64,000 bases of DNA from Geosiphon pyriformis uo1 (lineage: Eukaryota > Fungi > Glomeromycota), in NCBI GenBank assembly GCA_016748015.1, contig JAAOMT010000703.1:1114255-1178254 (forward strand), read 5' to 3'. The notes under the pieces were generated by a model that worked only from the letters and a program-made list of their open reading frames with translations, did not search any database and was not told the origin of the DNA. Below are positions 49,501 to 61,639 of this stretch, in pieces. Every line of letters starts with the position of its first letter. Within the stretch, counting starts at the first letter, position 1. Position numbers and translations under genes: made by a program.

Positions 49501-52308
49501 GGAACATATGACGAGGCTTGTCAATACACTATATTAATCAATGATTGAGTACGAAAAGAAACTTCCATCGAGAATGCTTAGAAACAAGCACTCAACAGGC
49601 TGGACAGTTATTCACATGATGACCACAAAATCTGGAGAATGGCAAGTGTCAAGGCTGAAGGCACCATGCCTGAAGAAATATGAGAAATTAAGGACAACTC
49701 TTGAATGCCTAAATATAATGAACCTGACTACCCCAAGGATGATTTCTTCACAGATAACCCAAATGTATTTCAGAACTGATATTAGGAATTGGCTCCAACT
49801 TGTAAAGAACAAGAGCAAAGGTTAGCTGATTTGAATACCAAACTGTGTGATCACTGTTTGATTCTCTGTCACTTTTAGTACTGCGACAAATGTGATCTCA
49901 TGTTCAATTCACTCCCAAGAATACTGTTTCCAATCACTGAACTACCTGAGCCTGAAGAAAAAGAGATATTGATTACTAAGGACATGTTGTTTCAAGATTC
50001 AACTAAGGATACCAAAACAAAACAGTATCTCATATATCCCAATCTATTCAAAGAACTAGAGCTAAAATGATACAGTGACAATGAGAAAAAAATCTGCCCC
50101 AAAAGAGCACATGACACTAATGCCAGTTTTGACCTATGATACCCCAGACAATCACCCATTATTATAGCCCCACATTCTCTTGTAAAAATAGATCTTAAGA
50201 TAGCATTAGAAATTCCTGTTAGTACAATGGTACAAGTTGCCTTTTGATCTAGTCTAGCCAAGAAAAAAATCGATGTAAAAGGAAGAATCATCAATGCTGG
50301 TTACATGGAGAACATTATCATGATGCTATAGAACAATTTGGAAAGACTCTACAAAATAGAATCACAAGAAAAGATTGCCCAAGCTATCTTCCTACCCCTA
50401 GTCAAAATACCCCAATTAACCTTGGTAACAACCTGAGAAGAGTTAGGCCTCACTGCCCAAGGAATCAACAGGTTTGGATCAAGTGGAAGAGAAAACGTAC
50501 CAGTTAATTTCACGGAGAAAGACAATGACCAGGTAGAATTTATTTACACTGATACCATTATCTTCATTTTTCTATACTGACAATACATCCTCAAGGTGAA
50601 TTAAAAGATCCAAGATCAAGCCCTATTATTCGAAGCCAGTTCCGAAATCTGTTCCCTAGCTGATGTTGCTAATCTATACCTACTGGCCAAAGCCCATAAA
50701 CACTTCAAAATCCCACAACCCAACAGAAGATGTCATTGAAATCCCTAAAGGGACCCTTGTCAGTTCCATATCTGCAGATATTTAGAATCCTGAAAAACCC
50801 CAGTCCATTCCAGATTTTGCACAATTATTCTTATTCTATAATATTATTTCACAAGTATGGAATTTGCCAAAAAAAAGTTACTTGTTTACACCAAAAGAGA
50901 TCAATAAATTGAATTTAGGAAATTTAAGTACCCTGCAACAAATGCAACTCAAAGTCCTTTTGAATCAGTATGTCAATGTCTTTGCCAGTGAAAATGAGTT
51001 TGAACACATCAACATTGTGAAGCATCAGATTGATACAGGAGATGCTCGACCAATTAAGCAACAAGCTTACCATGTACTCCCATCTGGCAATAACTTAATT
51101 AAACAAGAAGTACAATGGATGCTTAATAACAGCCTAATCAAAAAATTGTTAAGCTCTTGGTCCTCTCCAGTAGTCTTGGTTACCAAGAAAAACGGAAAAG
51201 TACAATTCTGCATAGATTATCGAAAACTAAAAAGTGTTATACAAGAAGATAGTTATCCCACTTCCCTCATCCAAGAAATTCTGGACAATCTAAGGAAAAA
51301 GAAATGGTTCTCATTATTAAATTTAGCAAGTGGTTACTGGCAAGTTGAAATGGACTCCAAAGACAAAAAAAAACAGCATTTACTACTCGAGACGGAAACT
51401 TTGAGTTTAATGTAATGTTTTTTGGACTTTGTAATGCTCCTGCCACGTTTCAACACCTGATGGATGTAGTATACAAAAGAATCTTTTGGAAATCAGTAGT
51501 AGTTTACTTAGATGATATAAATGTGTTCTCCAAAACATTCAATGACTATTTGCTCCACCTGCAACAAATCTTCAAATGCCTTTATAGTGCTGAATTGAAA
51601 CTCAATTCCGAGAAGTGCTTCTTTGGAAAAACCGAGTTAAAATTCCTAGGACATGTAATTGGCAAGGACAGAGTTAAACCCGATCCAGATAAAATACAAA
51701 AAGTCAAGAATTTTCCAGCCCCAATCAACTTCAAAGAATTACGAGGATTTCTAGGATTGGCAGGATATTATCATCAATTTGTCAAAAATTTCTTGAACAT
51801 CACAAAACCACTCCATTAATTGTTGTCCAAATATGTACTGTACTTGTAAAAAGAAGATCAACAGAAAGCATTTGACTATCTCAAGCAGCAATTGATCATA
51901 TTCCCAATCTTAATTTATCCAGATTTCACTAAACAGTTCATTGTCACTATGAATGCCTCAAAAAATGCTCTAGAAGCAGTCTTATCACAGATAGGACTGG
52001 ACAATAGAGAACACCCAGTTGCCTATGCTAGTCGTAGCACTAGCCTAGCAGAAAAAAATTACAGTACAACAGATTTGGAATGTCTTGCCATTTATTGGGC
52101 CATACAGACTTGGAAACATTATCTCAGTCAACCATTTGATCTATATACCAACCACAAAAGACTTATTTGGTTACTCAACAATCCACAACTAGAAAAAAAA
52201 TATGTGAGATGGAGTACTTATCTGCAACAATTTTCACTTAAAGTTTATTACAAGGAAAGATCCAAGAACACCAATGCTGACAGTTTGTTGAAGATGCCAC
52301 AAACCTAA
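46522..52308 (+). pseudogene. Gypsy A gag-PR-ZnF-dUTPase-RT-RNase H polyprotein
   Basis: knuckle CYYCQKPRHITCDC; LILDSGSA; dUTPase ~50095-50490 (ASFDL, IINAGYM.NI, KIAQAI, FGSSG); RT YLDD; RH YASRS..EKNY. Confidence 0.9.
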
Positions 52309-52317
52309 TCCCAGACC

Positions 52318-53685
52318 ATGGACACACTCATTTATCAACAATTACATCAGTATCTATCGACACTATGTTTCAAGGAGATATTATCTCAACAGAAACAAAG
52401 TACTATACAAAAACAAGCCCAAAATTATTTTATTCAAGACAACCAACTATATTGACGAAAACACCAAAACCACTCCACCCCACAATAACTAATCAAGAAT
52501 AGTGAAAAAGAAACTATACTATATAGCATGTACTCAGATCCGACATCAGAACACTTTAACAAAGATGCTACCTTTGAAAGAACACTAAACTTATACTATT
52601 GGCCAATGATGTACAAAGACATTTTCAAATATGTGCTCAATTATGATACATGCCAGCAAAGAGAAGGAGCAAGATCAACAGAACCACTTTGATTCATTCC
52701 AGTTGGAAATCCATTTGATAGAATCAGGATCAATTTAGTTGGTTCTTTCTCAATTACATTCAAAAGAAATTGGTATATTGCTGTAGCCATTGATTATCTT
52801 ACAAAATGGCCAGAAGTCAGAGCAATTCAAGTGGCTGATGCCAAAACAGTAGCCGAGTTCATACATCAAGACCTAATTTGCCGACATGAGTGTCCAAAAA
52901 AATTGTTATCTGATCAAGAAATGCATTTTGTCAATAATATGCTAACAGAATTAAGCCAACAGTTTGGTATAAAATGTTCTTTATCGTTACCATACCACCC
53001 ACAAACTAACGGACTGGTAGAATGGTTTAACCGAACACTGTGTGAAGCATTAGCAAAAATAAGTCAAGAAAACGAACAAGAATGGGACCTATTCATACCT
53101 TCAATACTTTTTGCATACCAAACACTAAAGCAAAATATGACATACTTCACACTATTTGAACTAGTTTATGAAAGGAAAGCTATGTTATCTATCGAACAAG
53201 AAATATTGTTTTATCCAACAGAAACAATCACTAAAAAGAATTTTAAAGCTACCTTGTACTACAGAATGTACTAGCTAATGGAAACATTAGAAAACAATCA
53301 AAGAACAACAGCTGATAACATTAGTAACACTTAAAAATAACAAAAAGAAAGACATAATAAACACTTATCAGAACAACCAATAGAATTCAAGATTGGAAAC
53401 CAAGTACTGTTACATCATATGAAAGCTAAGAAACAGTGAAATGAAAAGTTTGACCCAAAGTGGGATGGTCCATTTCACATACATGAAGCATTAGGAAATA
53501 GAGCTTACAAATTATGATTGGAAGACAGGATTTTAAAGAAAGTAGCACATGGAAATTGGTTAAAAATTTATCATGCAAAACAGGAATCATTGTTATCAGT
53601 ACCTCAACTAGGAACACAAATTTCATTAATTAGACCAGAAGATATACCACGAGATCTAGAACCAATCATTATCATTGAAATGTAG
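52318..53685 (+). pseudogene. Gypsy A integrase, separate ORF
   Basis: accATGg 9 nt after the RH stop; YYWP, DYLTKWPE, LLSDQ, PYHPQTNGLVE, PKWDGPF. Confidence 0.88.
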
Positions 53686-53765
53686 ACAATGGGCAGCAAA
53701 TTAAATTGAAGAATTCAAATATATATAGCATCTGAAAAGCAGCAAAAAATGATAGAAATTTCAAC

Positions 53766-54500
53766 ATGAACTTTTTAGATCAAATTTTAAAATTATCTAA
53801 ACAATTATTTGAAACAATTCAAAAATCAATATCTCAAATAAAAATAACAATTGATAAAAAAGAGATACAGTACAAAGATAAGAGCAGGAGAGGGAAGGAT
53901 AAGAATTCAATTAAAACTAAACATTCCCTTCTCTACTCACCATCTGAAAGGCAATATTGAAGGAAAAATTGCTTTTGGGTGGGAGGTGGAGAAGAAAGAG
54001 GCAAAGAATGAGAAAAAGGTTACAAAAGAAGATACTTGGTCTCCAAGCTTGAAAAAATAAAACAAGCTTTAGCTTGTGGGACCGAACTCCCTGAAACAGA
54101 GGAGTAGACACCTAACAACACCCAGGAATAGAAAGAAAGACTTTTTTTAGCTTATTGGTTCTACAAAATTGGAGAACAGCTTGACTTGAAAACACCATAT
54201 GAAGACCTCAGCCAGAAAACATTCAACAAAGAAACAATACAACAAGTAGAAAAATTTGTAGAGAAAAACAACCTGACCCTACATTACAAAGCAGCATACT
54301 GACTATATGCCGCCTTCCAACATTGCCCAAACGTACTACTAAACAGATCTATGAAAACCATAACAGTTAACAACATAGGACAAATAACCAATTAACAATT
54401 CAAAGACCTACAAAAGGCAATACTTGAGGCAACAATTGAACATTATATGAATGAAGCCACAATAACAGATACATATGGTTTTGCAGAAGCTCAATTTTAA
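53766..54500 (+). pseudogene. Gypsy A ORF3
   Basis: MNFLDQILKLSKQLF..; WFYKIGEQL; FVEKNNL; ends GFAEAQF*; homologous to B ORF3. Confidence 0.78.
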
Positions 54501-54514
54501 AAAGAGAGAAATAA

Positions 54515-55134
54515 TGTTATCCGAGTAAAAAAACCAATCCAAAGTTATGAAAAAACATGACCAAAACGTGACATAACACAGAATAGTGCACAATAATGTT
54601 GGATAATGTATTATAACACAGGATAACACAGAATAGCACGCAATAACATAGGATAACATGTTATAATGCAGAATAACACAGAATAACATGTAATAACATC
54701 AGATAATGTGTTATAACATAGGATAACTAGCAATAACATAGAAAAATGAAGCAATAACAGAAATAACAAAGCAATAGCTAGCAATAGTGAGACAATTGAA
54801 AGCAATCCTGTAAAACCAAAAGAATGTATAAAAGCAAGTAGTTGTAGAAGTGAGAAAAAACAGACAAATAGATACAAATCTTTAGACAAAAATTAAATAT
54901 TCATACTTCTTTATCATTTATTATCTTCCCTATTTCATCTTCTGAAATAAACCAATTATTAAAAAAATCAGAATCATGAATTCATGTTCTCGAACTTGGT
55001 GAAATTTACATGAATTAACCCTTGTCTTGTATCTTCATTCTAAGACAGATGCTCTTAACATAACTGTCTCAAACTATTAATGATTTGGACCAATTGCTCT
55101 TGATCATAGTGATTGACGATACTAATTTATCTTT

Positions 55135-55178
<44 letters not shown>

Positions 55179-55574
55179 CTTATTTTTTTGTGGAGTGGCA
55201 ACATAGTAAAATTGACTGTCTGAGAATAGACTTCGTGATAGCTTGGTAAAAGAGGGAAGCTCCTCCTAAGTTTTGGATATTAACATTATCTTGTTAGCTT
55301 ACCAGAAGGGTGAAAAGACAATGCCAGACCCTAATGACTGTGCTTATTAGCTCAGAGAAGAAAGCTTACATTTACGGAAAACGTTGCAATTGATGAAAGA
55401 CAAACTCTGTGCCTTATAACCAAAGAACTCAACAGGTAAATTCACATTCAAAAATAGACCTTCAGAGACTGATAATCAAGACTAAGCCAATAGAATTACA
55501 CAGAAGACACATTCCCAATAATTGAGAGCACCAAATGTTACTAGTTCTATTACCCAACAAGTTTACCCATAACA
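54515..55574 (+). repeat. Gypsy A 3' LTR
   Basis: follows PPT aaaaagagagaaataa; aligns with the 5' LTR; 42-nt poly(T) at 55137-55178. Confidence 0.95.
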
Positions 55575-56883
55575 GCAGAAAAGACACTTCAGAACATTCC
55601 TAATAGTATGACCCTTATTCATCTCAAAGTTTTTTATCCTCCTATCTATAGCAGATCTAATGTTTGTTTTCTTAGCTGTCAGAGATTCAGCAAGTTTGGA
55701 TACATAATATAACTTTCTAATGCCAGAGAGGGTAGAATAAACATGATTAGAGTCTGCATCAGAATCAATGAGATCTTGAACAACTGAGGCTTTGACACCA
55801 TTCAAAGAGTCCCAGTGCTTCATAAGAGAGACAAAACTGACACTATTTCCTTCATGAGAGGCCTTGATAATTTTCGAAACCAAAAGTTCCAATCTGTGAA
55901 ACTTTGAAGAAACTTTGGTAAACACACTGTCAAATTTCTTGAACCACTTTTTTTTAAATATCTCATTTGCCGAAAGCATCATTATCCTGTATAAAACATC
56001 TCACATAACATCCAAGTCTGAGTGCTTGACAGCAGTAGCAAATTCATCAGAGAGCATTCCAGCATTGGCTGATGTAGCATTTTTAAAATTTTCTCACTTA
56101 TTGACATCAGCACTCTTGAAATTAAACTTCCACTGATCCCTATTCGCTTGCTTGCAAAGAAAGTTCAACTGTATATTCAAAAGTCCACCCAAATCTACAG
56201 ACACAGAAACAGCCCAATGGTCAGTATTAAAGAATTCCCCAATACTACACATATTGCAATTCACTACAGCATTAACCAAGTTTGAAGAAATAAACAGAAA
56301 GTTGATCGTTTTAGCCACATCATAAGAGTTGGCTCAAATAAGAGTCTTAACAAAAAAACTACCACCAAAGGAGTTGACCAAACCAAAATCAAAACATTTT
56401 TTGAAACTGGCACACTTATGAGAACCATTTTTATTGAAGTTGCCATCCAGAATAACAAAAAAAGATTCATTTACAGCTTTAGCAATCATAAAGTTGATCT
56501 TACCAGCTTGGAAAAACCAAATTAACAAAGAAACACCAACATAGAGTCCCAAAATTGAAACAGAAAGTTTGTTTTTGAAAGTAGCCTAACAGTAAGAAGC
56601 TGACCAAGAACCTCAGAAATTTTACACACATGACAAGCCAGAGAAATGTCCATAATAATGGTAACACCAGAACCTAAGTCACCAGAGTCCACACCAGAAG
56701 TAAAAATCCAGACACCATCAAACCTATCAGCAATCTACAGACAAATCTTACTTTGCAACTTGGTCTCAGTAATAATTGAAATCAAATTGCCCATATTCTT
56801 GTGTCAATGAACAATATCCTCCTGTTTTGCAGAATTATTTATACTCCGAACATTGCAAGTAACAATTTTCCAAACTAGACTGA

Positions 56884-58837
56884 TCATTGAGATAGATGAG
56901 GAACTAATAAACCCAAAACAGAACACAAAAAGTCCAATCTCACCAAAACCAAACTGACCAAAACCTTCAGAGCCATTATCTTTGATTCCAAACCACTTAC
57001 TTTGGTGGTAAGCACTTTTGAACTGCTCAGACTTAGTTTAGAGATAGCCTTATCAACCAATGGAAGAGAAGAAAAAGAGAGCACCACTACATTATCAACA
57101 GCCATATTCAAATCTAAAGTTGAATCTAAGGGAGGAGCAACAAGAGGGAGGGGGAGCACAAAGTGATAATAACATTAGCATCAAATTTACAAGGCTCAAT
57201 TTTTTTAAAATATCTGAAACCTGATCTAATAAAAGCTCCAAGAAGTGCTCCAAAGAAGCCAAACAGTTGGCTAAACCAGAATCATCAAGAGGGTTGAAAG
57301 CCATTACCAAGAGTTTCACACTTAAAAGCAAACCAGCACCAGAAGAAACTGACAAAGACACATGAAAAAGAAAGCCACTCACAATTTGAGCCCAAGTTTT
57401 TCTACCAAAAGACACTGAGCAGACAACTGGAGCCTGCTTTTTCTTATAAATATTAGCCAAACAGACCTGATTTTAGGAAGACACTACCTGCTTACAACAA
57501 ATTCCAGAATTCCCACCAATTGAACACACATCAAAAATATGACCAAATTGTTTACACTTGGTACAGCAAGCCAAAAAAAGACCAGCCCAGCATAAATTCA
57601 CACCCTTATAAACCAAAACAGAACCAATAGCAGCCAATTTAGATGCCTCATTATCCAAACAGACCACTACACATCTATTATAAGCATATAAACCAGGATT
57701 ACGGCCAATAAAACAAGTTTTCCCACCATAAAAATTCACTAAACCTGACAAATCATGAGCAGTGGTGCCAACTAGAAGTGTGTACAACAAAGCCTAATGA
57801 TGATTTCTGACCACTTACAATTTCTTGTTATTTAACGTCAATGCAACATAAACAGAATTTTTATTCATGAGAATAGATCATTTAAAAACAGCCAAGCTAG
57901 CCACATTTGATGACTCAAATTTCACTAAAACTTTTTGCCAAAGCCCAATTAGTTGTATTCTAATCAAAATCACTTGACTAAACTTAGAAAATACTGATTC
58001 AATTGCCAATCTGAGAAGATCCACTGGGATCTCCTTGACTATTACTTCTTAATCTGAATGGCTGTTTGGCTTCCTAACATCAATATTTACCAGAATTTTT
58101 TACTGATTATCATTTCCTTGGCCTTGATTAAACTTAATTTGGAAGTAAAAGAAGATTTAATGATGCCTAGGAGTTTTGAAAGAGCAGATACACCTCCAAA
58201 ACCATCTATTCAATAGAAAATTTTTTTACAACAATCAACTTGTCACCAATAGTTTTGTCAAGCAAGACAAAAATTCTAATATTCAATGCAAATGACTTAA
58301 TAGGATCAAAAATATGCTTTTCTGAGACATGTGACCCAACAAAGTGCAATTTTTTGAAGTCTGTAAACTTAGGAGATGAAAGAGTCATCATATCATCATT
58401 ATCACTTAAGATGTTAAACAAAGAAGTCTTTAAGAGTTGACTTAACATGTATGTATAAGTGTGTGTTTTCCTGGGAGTGATATCATCCTCTATGTCATTG
58501 ACCACAGAAGTGTCCGAGTTGGCATAACTAGTTTCCTCAGCGATAGTATTTTTTATGTTCTTTAAGTCTGACAGGCTGCTCATGTTACTTGCCTCGCTTT
58601 CTATTTTACTGCCTCAAAATTTCAAAAACTTATCATTAGTGTCATTAATATCAGCCAGGCTCAGTAGGCCAGCAGATGAATTAACTACTCTGACATTGAC
58701 TTTGGAATTCTTAGGCTTCTTATAAAATACACTATGAGAATACACACTATTAATCCTCTTTTTTTTGCATTAGGCTGGATCTCTAAACCAGCAGAAGTAG
58801 ATTTAGAGCCATTAGCAACAGGACTCGCTGGTTCCAT
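56884..58837 (-). pseudogene. LINE L3 ORF1
   Basis: ATG 58837; LYTLLVGTTAHDL; knuckle CTKCKQFGHIFDVC; stop overlaps the ORF2 ATG. Confidence 0.87.
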
Positions 58838-58855
58838 ATTCACAAATAAAGGTAT

Positions 58856-59593
58856 TGTTATGGGTTGGAGTAACAAGCTAACAGATAGCAAGGGAGAACA
58901 GAATTGTAGAGTGATGAAAATAATCAAAGGGGATTCAACTTCAATAAGTGAATTGAATGAGTATGGATTCAATGTGCAAGATCAATCTCATAAAATATCT
59001 CAGTCGCTATTCTTTTCAAAAGGTAACAAGAGAATCTGAAGGTAAAAGGATAGTCCATACTGTCAACAATTGATCACCACTGATATAATTCTATGCCTCA
59101 TGTCAGTGCTCTTAGAATTCAATATCAAGTATCAACTTGTGCTTTTCAGTTACGTTTATACAAATAGTCTTCAAATACTACAATTATTCAAGCAGAAAAA
59201 GGCCAACAAGTAATCTTTTATCCTAAGATGTTCGAATACTTGAAAGTAGGGAAAGAAAAATTAGCAATAAGAGAGTGATTGAAATGAAAGTTGTTATTTT
59301 TATTTATTTGATTCTTGTTTGAGAGATGATTTTCTACAGCTAAGAGACTCATTGCTTATATAGCTATTGAAAGTGGTCAATGACCAGATCAACAACTAGG
59401 TCAATGATCAGGTCAATGATCAGGTCAACGATCAGGTCATTGATTAAGTCAATGATTAGGTTAATAATCAGGTCAACAGTCAAGTTATTGATCAGGTCAA
59501 TAATCATTATCTAAAAATAGAGTGGCTAATTATATGAAATCAGTGACTAATACATGTAATAACTAATAAAAATTATGGGTTTCAACCATAACA
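58856..59593 (-). repeat. Gypsy C 3' LTR
   Basis: 8-bp terminal inverted repeat tgttatgg/ccataaca; adjacent PPT; TATA tatataag at ~59354-59362 (minus). Confidence 0.9.
59375..59506. repeat. 12-bp tandem array ggtcaatgatca x11 in U3 of LTR C
   Basis: units counted directly. Confidence 0.92.
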
Positions 59594-59602
59594 TCATCCT
59601 CT

Positions 59603-60219
59603 CTAAAGAGATTGAGCTCCAGCAAAATCAAGCTATTTATAGGGTATTCTAATTGAAGGGTTTTGTCTAACTCAAAACTAACTAGTTTGTTGAAGTCTTT
59701 TGTGGATAGAGTATATAGTACTTGAGGCAAAATAAGCTTTGTATCCAAGAGACCAAATTTTTGTATAAGAGTTTTGGCTCTTTTTGCAATGGTCAAAACT
59801 CTTGGGAGATCTAAACGTATAATGCCCAAAATTTCCACTTGTATCTCTGAAGTTGTTTTCTTTATGAGCTTTATTTCTTTTATGATTTCACCAAGATGAC
59901 TATAGAATTCTAGTTGCCTTCCATATGACACGTTTTTGTCTATGGGCAAGATTTCCTTAATTGTTTTTCCAATTGTCATGGAAGGTGTAAGTATTGCTGC
60001 TGTTATGCTTTCTAGCAAATACTTATCCATTTTGCTACCAATTCTTTTTCTTCTGGTAGTGGTTTTCTTTGGTCTAATAACAGTATGTGTTCTACTGTTA
60101 TCAGTTATGGTGGTTTGTTTTCCAATGGTCAGAGTAGCATTTGGATAATTTTTGATCCAGTACTCATAGAGAGTGTAGAAAGTGTTTTGAATGTTTTGAT
60201 CCAGGAAATAATTGTTCAT
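59603..60219 (-). CDS. Gypsy C ORF3 (nearly intact), unknown function
   Basis: open frame within ORF 59563-60315; first ATG after the IN stop is 60219; FYSHLGEII motif; 3' end ambiguous (DFAGAQSL* lies in another frame). Confidence 0.7.
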
Positions 60220-60260
60220 GTCAATTGAAGATACCTCTGTTTTGGGAATGGTGCATTTAT

Positions 60261-61574
60261 TTATATTTGATTTTTGCTGATCATTTGGGTCAGTATTACC
60301 ACAACAGGTAACCAATCAGGTCGTTTGTGATATTTCTTGAGTCATGTGCCATGAACAGAGCAATCACTGAATATTGTTCTATATTGATCTTGTAAGATAT
60401 ATGAATTATTGTTCAAAACTTTGTTGACTATAAAAAGTTTTTTCCAGTGGCTAGAAAATTTATTACTCTAAACATTGTCTTTGTCTGAAGGGTATTCCAA
60501 AACTAAGTCACCAACACTTAAGGAAAGTGTTTTATAGGTTTTTTTCTTTTTGAGCTTCTCTTGAAACTGTTTTATCTTTTCAAAGGCAATTATCCGTGCT
60601 TCTACCAATGAGTCAAGAATGGTACCAAGTCTTTTTTGCAAAATGTTTTTGTAATCTCCTATTGTTATTTCTTTAAAAAGTATTGTTTCTATATTTGTTT
60701 CTATTGGTAGAGTTGCCATTCGTCCATAGAGCAGATAAAAGAGTTCATAACTTGTTATGTCATAATTCACAGTTCTGTAGACGAACAAAGCTAAAGGCAA
60801 TACTTTGTCTCATAGGTTGGTTTTTTCACTGTTTTTGGCTAGGGTTTTACATAGTATTCTATTGAAATGTTCTACTAGGCCATTTGTTTGGGGGTAATAA
60901 GGGGAAGAGAGTTTATGATGTATTCCCATTTTTCTGCAAAGTTCTTCAACCAGTGTACTGAGAAAAGCTTTTCCTCTATCAGATAAAAGTTCTTTGGGGC
61001 AGCCATAGTGACAGATAATATCTTCATAAATGAAATTGGCAATTGAGACTGTTGTTTGATCTGGGGTGGCTCTTGCTTCTACCCACTTTGTAAAATAGTT
61101 GGTAGCTGTGATAATGTATCTGTTGCCATCAGGAGTTACTGTTAAAAGTCCAACAACATCTATACCAATTCTGTCAAATGGTTGACCAACAGAGATCAGA
61201 TGGATATCTTTCTTGCAATTGGGTTTTCCTCTTCTTTGGCAGATATCACAGGTTTTGATGTATTCAGCAATGTCTTTTTCCAAAATAGGCCAATAATAGC
61301 GAGCTAAAGTTTTCTGAATCGTTTTTGTTTTTCCAAAGTGTCCAGCTAATGGATCAGAGTGCATATTGTAGATCACAATTTCTCTTTCTTCAAATCTAAT
61401 GACTCTCTGGGAGCGGTCAAAATCTTTTCTATTTTTTTTATATAACTGGTTCTGGTAAATCAAATAAAAATTTGATTGTTTGCACAAATGTTCTCTTTGC
61501 TGTCAAGTATAGTCTGACAGGTATTGTCTTTTACCCAAAAATTCCATTAAGGCAGAGTAGTTGTCCAAGTCCAT
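60261..61574 (-). pseudogene. Gypsy C integrase, separate ORF
   Basis: ATG 61574 in frame with ORF 60810-61487: HSDPLAGHFG, CDICQ, IGIDVVG, LLSDRG, PQTNGLVE. Confidence 0.9.
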
Positions 61575-61639
61575 TATCGTGTTTGTTTATGAAAGAGTTA
61601 CAAATAATTAAGTTGGGTTGGTTTGAGAGGGTTTTACTA

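Larger units (their letters stand above)
45368..55574 (+). mobile_element. Full-length Ty3/Gypsy LTR retrotransposon, family A
   Basis: two LTRs, PBS, PPT, decayed 4-bp TSD gtgg/gcag, order PR-RT-RH-IN. Confidence 0.97.
42002..56887 (-). pseudogene. LINE L3 ORF2 (APE-RT-RNase H-ZnF)
   Basis: MISLVWKIVTCN, ETKL, TDHWAV; IIPKP; RNase H IYTDEFL/AELQAI/DSQ/KVKNHFG..N..D; CLYC..DHVF. Confidence 0.9.
41878..58855 (-). mobile_element. LINE L3 (distinct subfamily), interrupted by Gypsy A; 5' UTR cut by Gypsy C
   Basis: T-tract from 41878, conserved 3' tail, ORF2, ORF1. Confidence 0.92.

Noticed and set aside
59375-59506. Nuclear-receptor (AGGTCA) response elements
   Set aside because: Nothing here indicates an animal host; the match is probably coincidental
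59563-60315. 250-aa ORF as a host gene with these exact ends
   Set aside because: It lies between IN and LTR; its N-terminus overlaps the IN tail and its C-terminus runs into the LTR. It is ORF3 from ATG 60219
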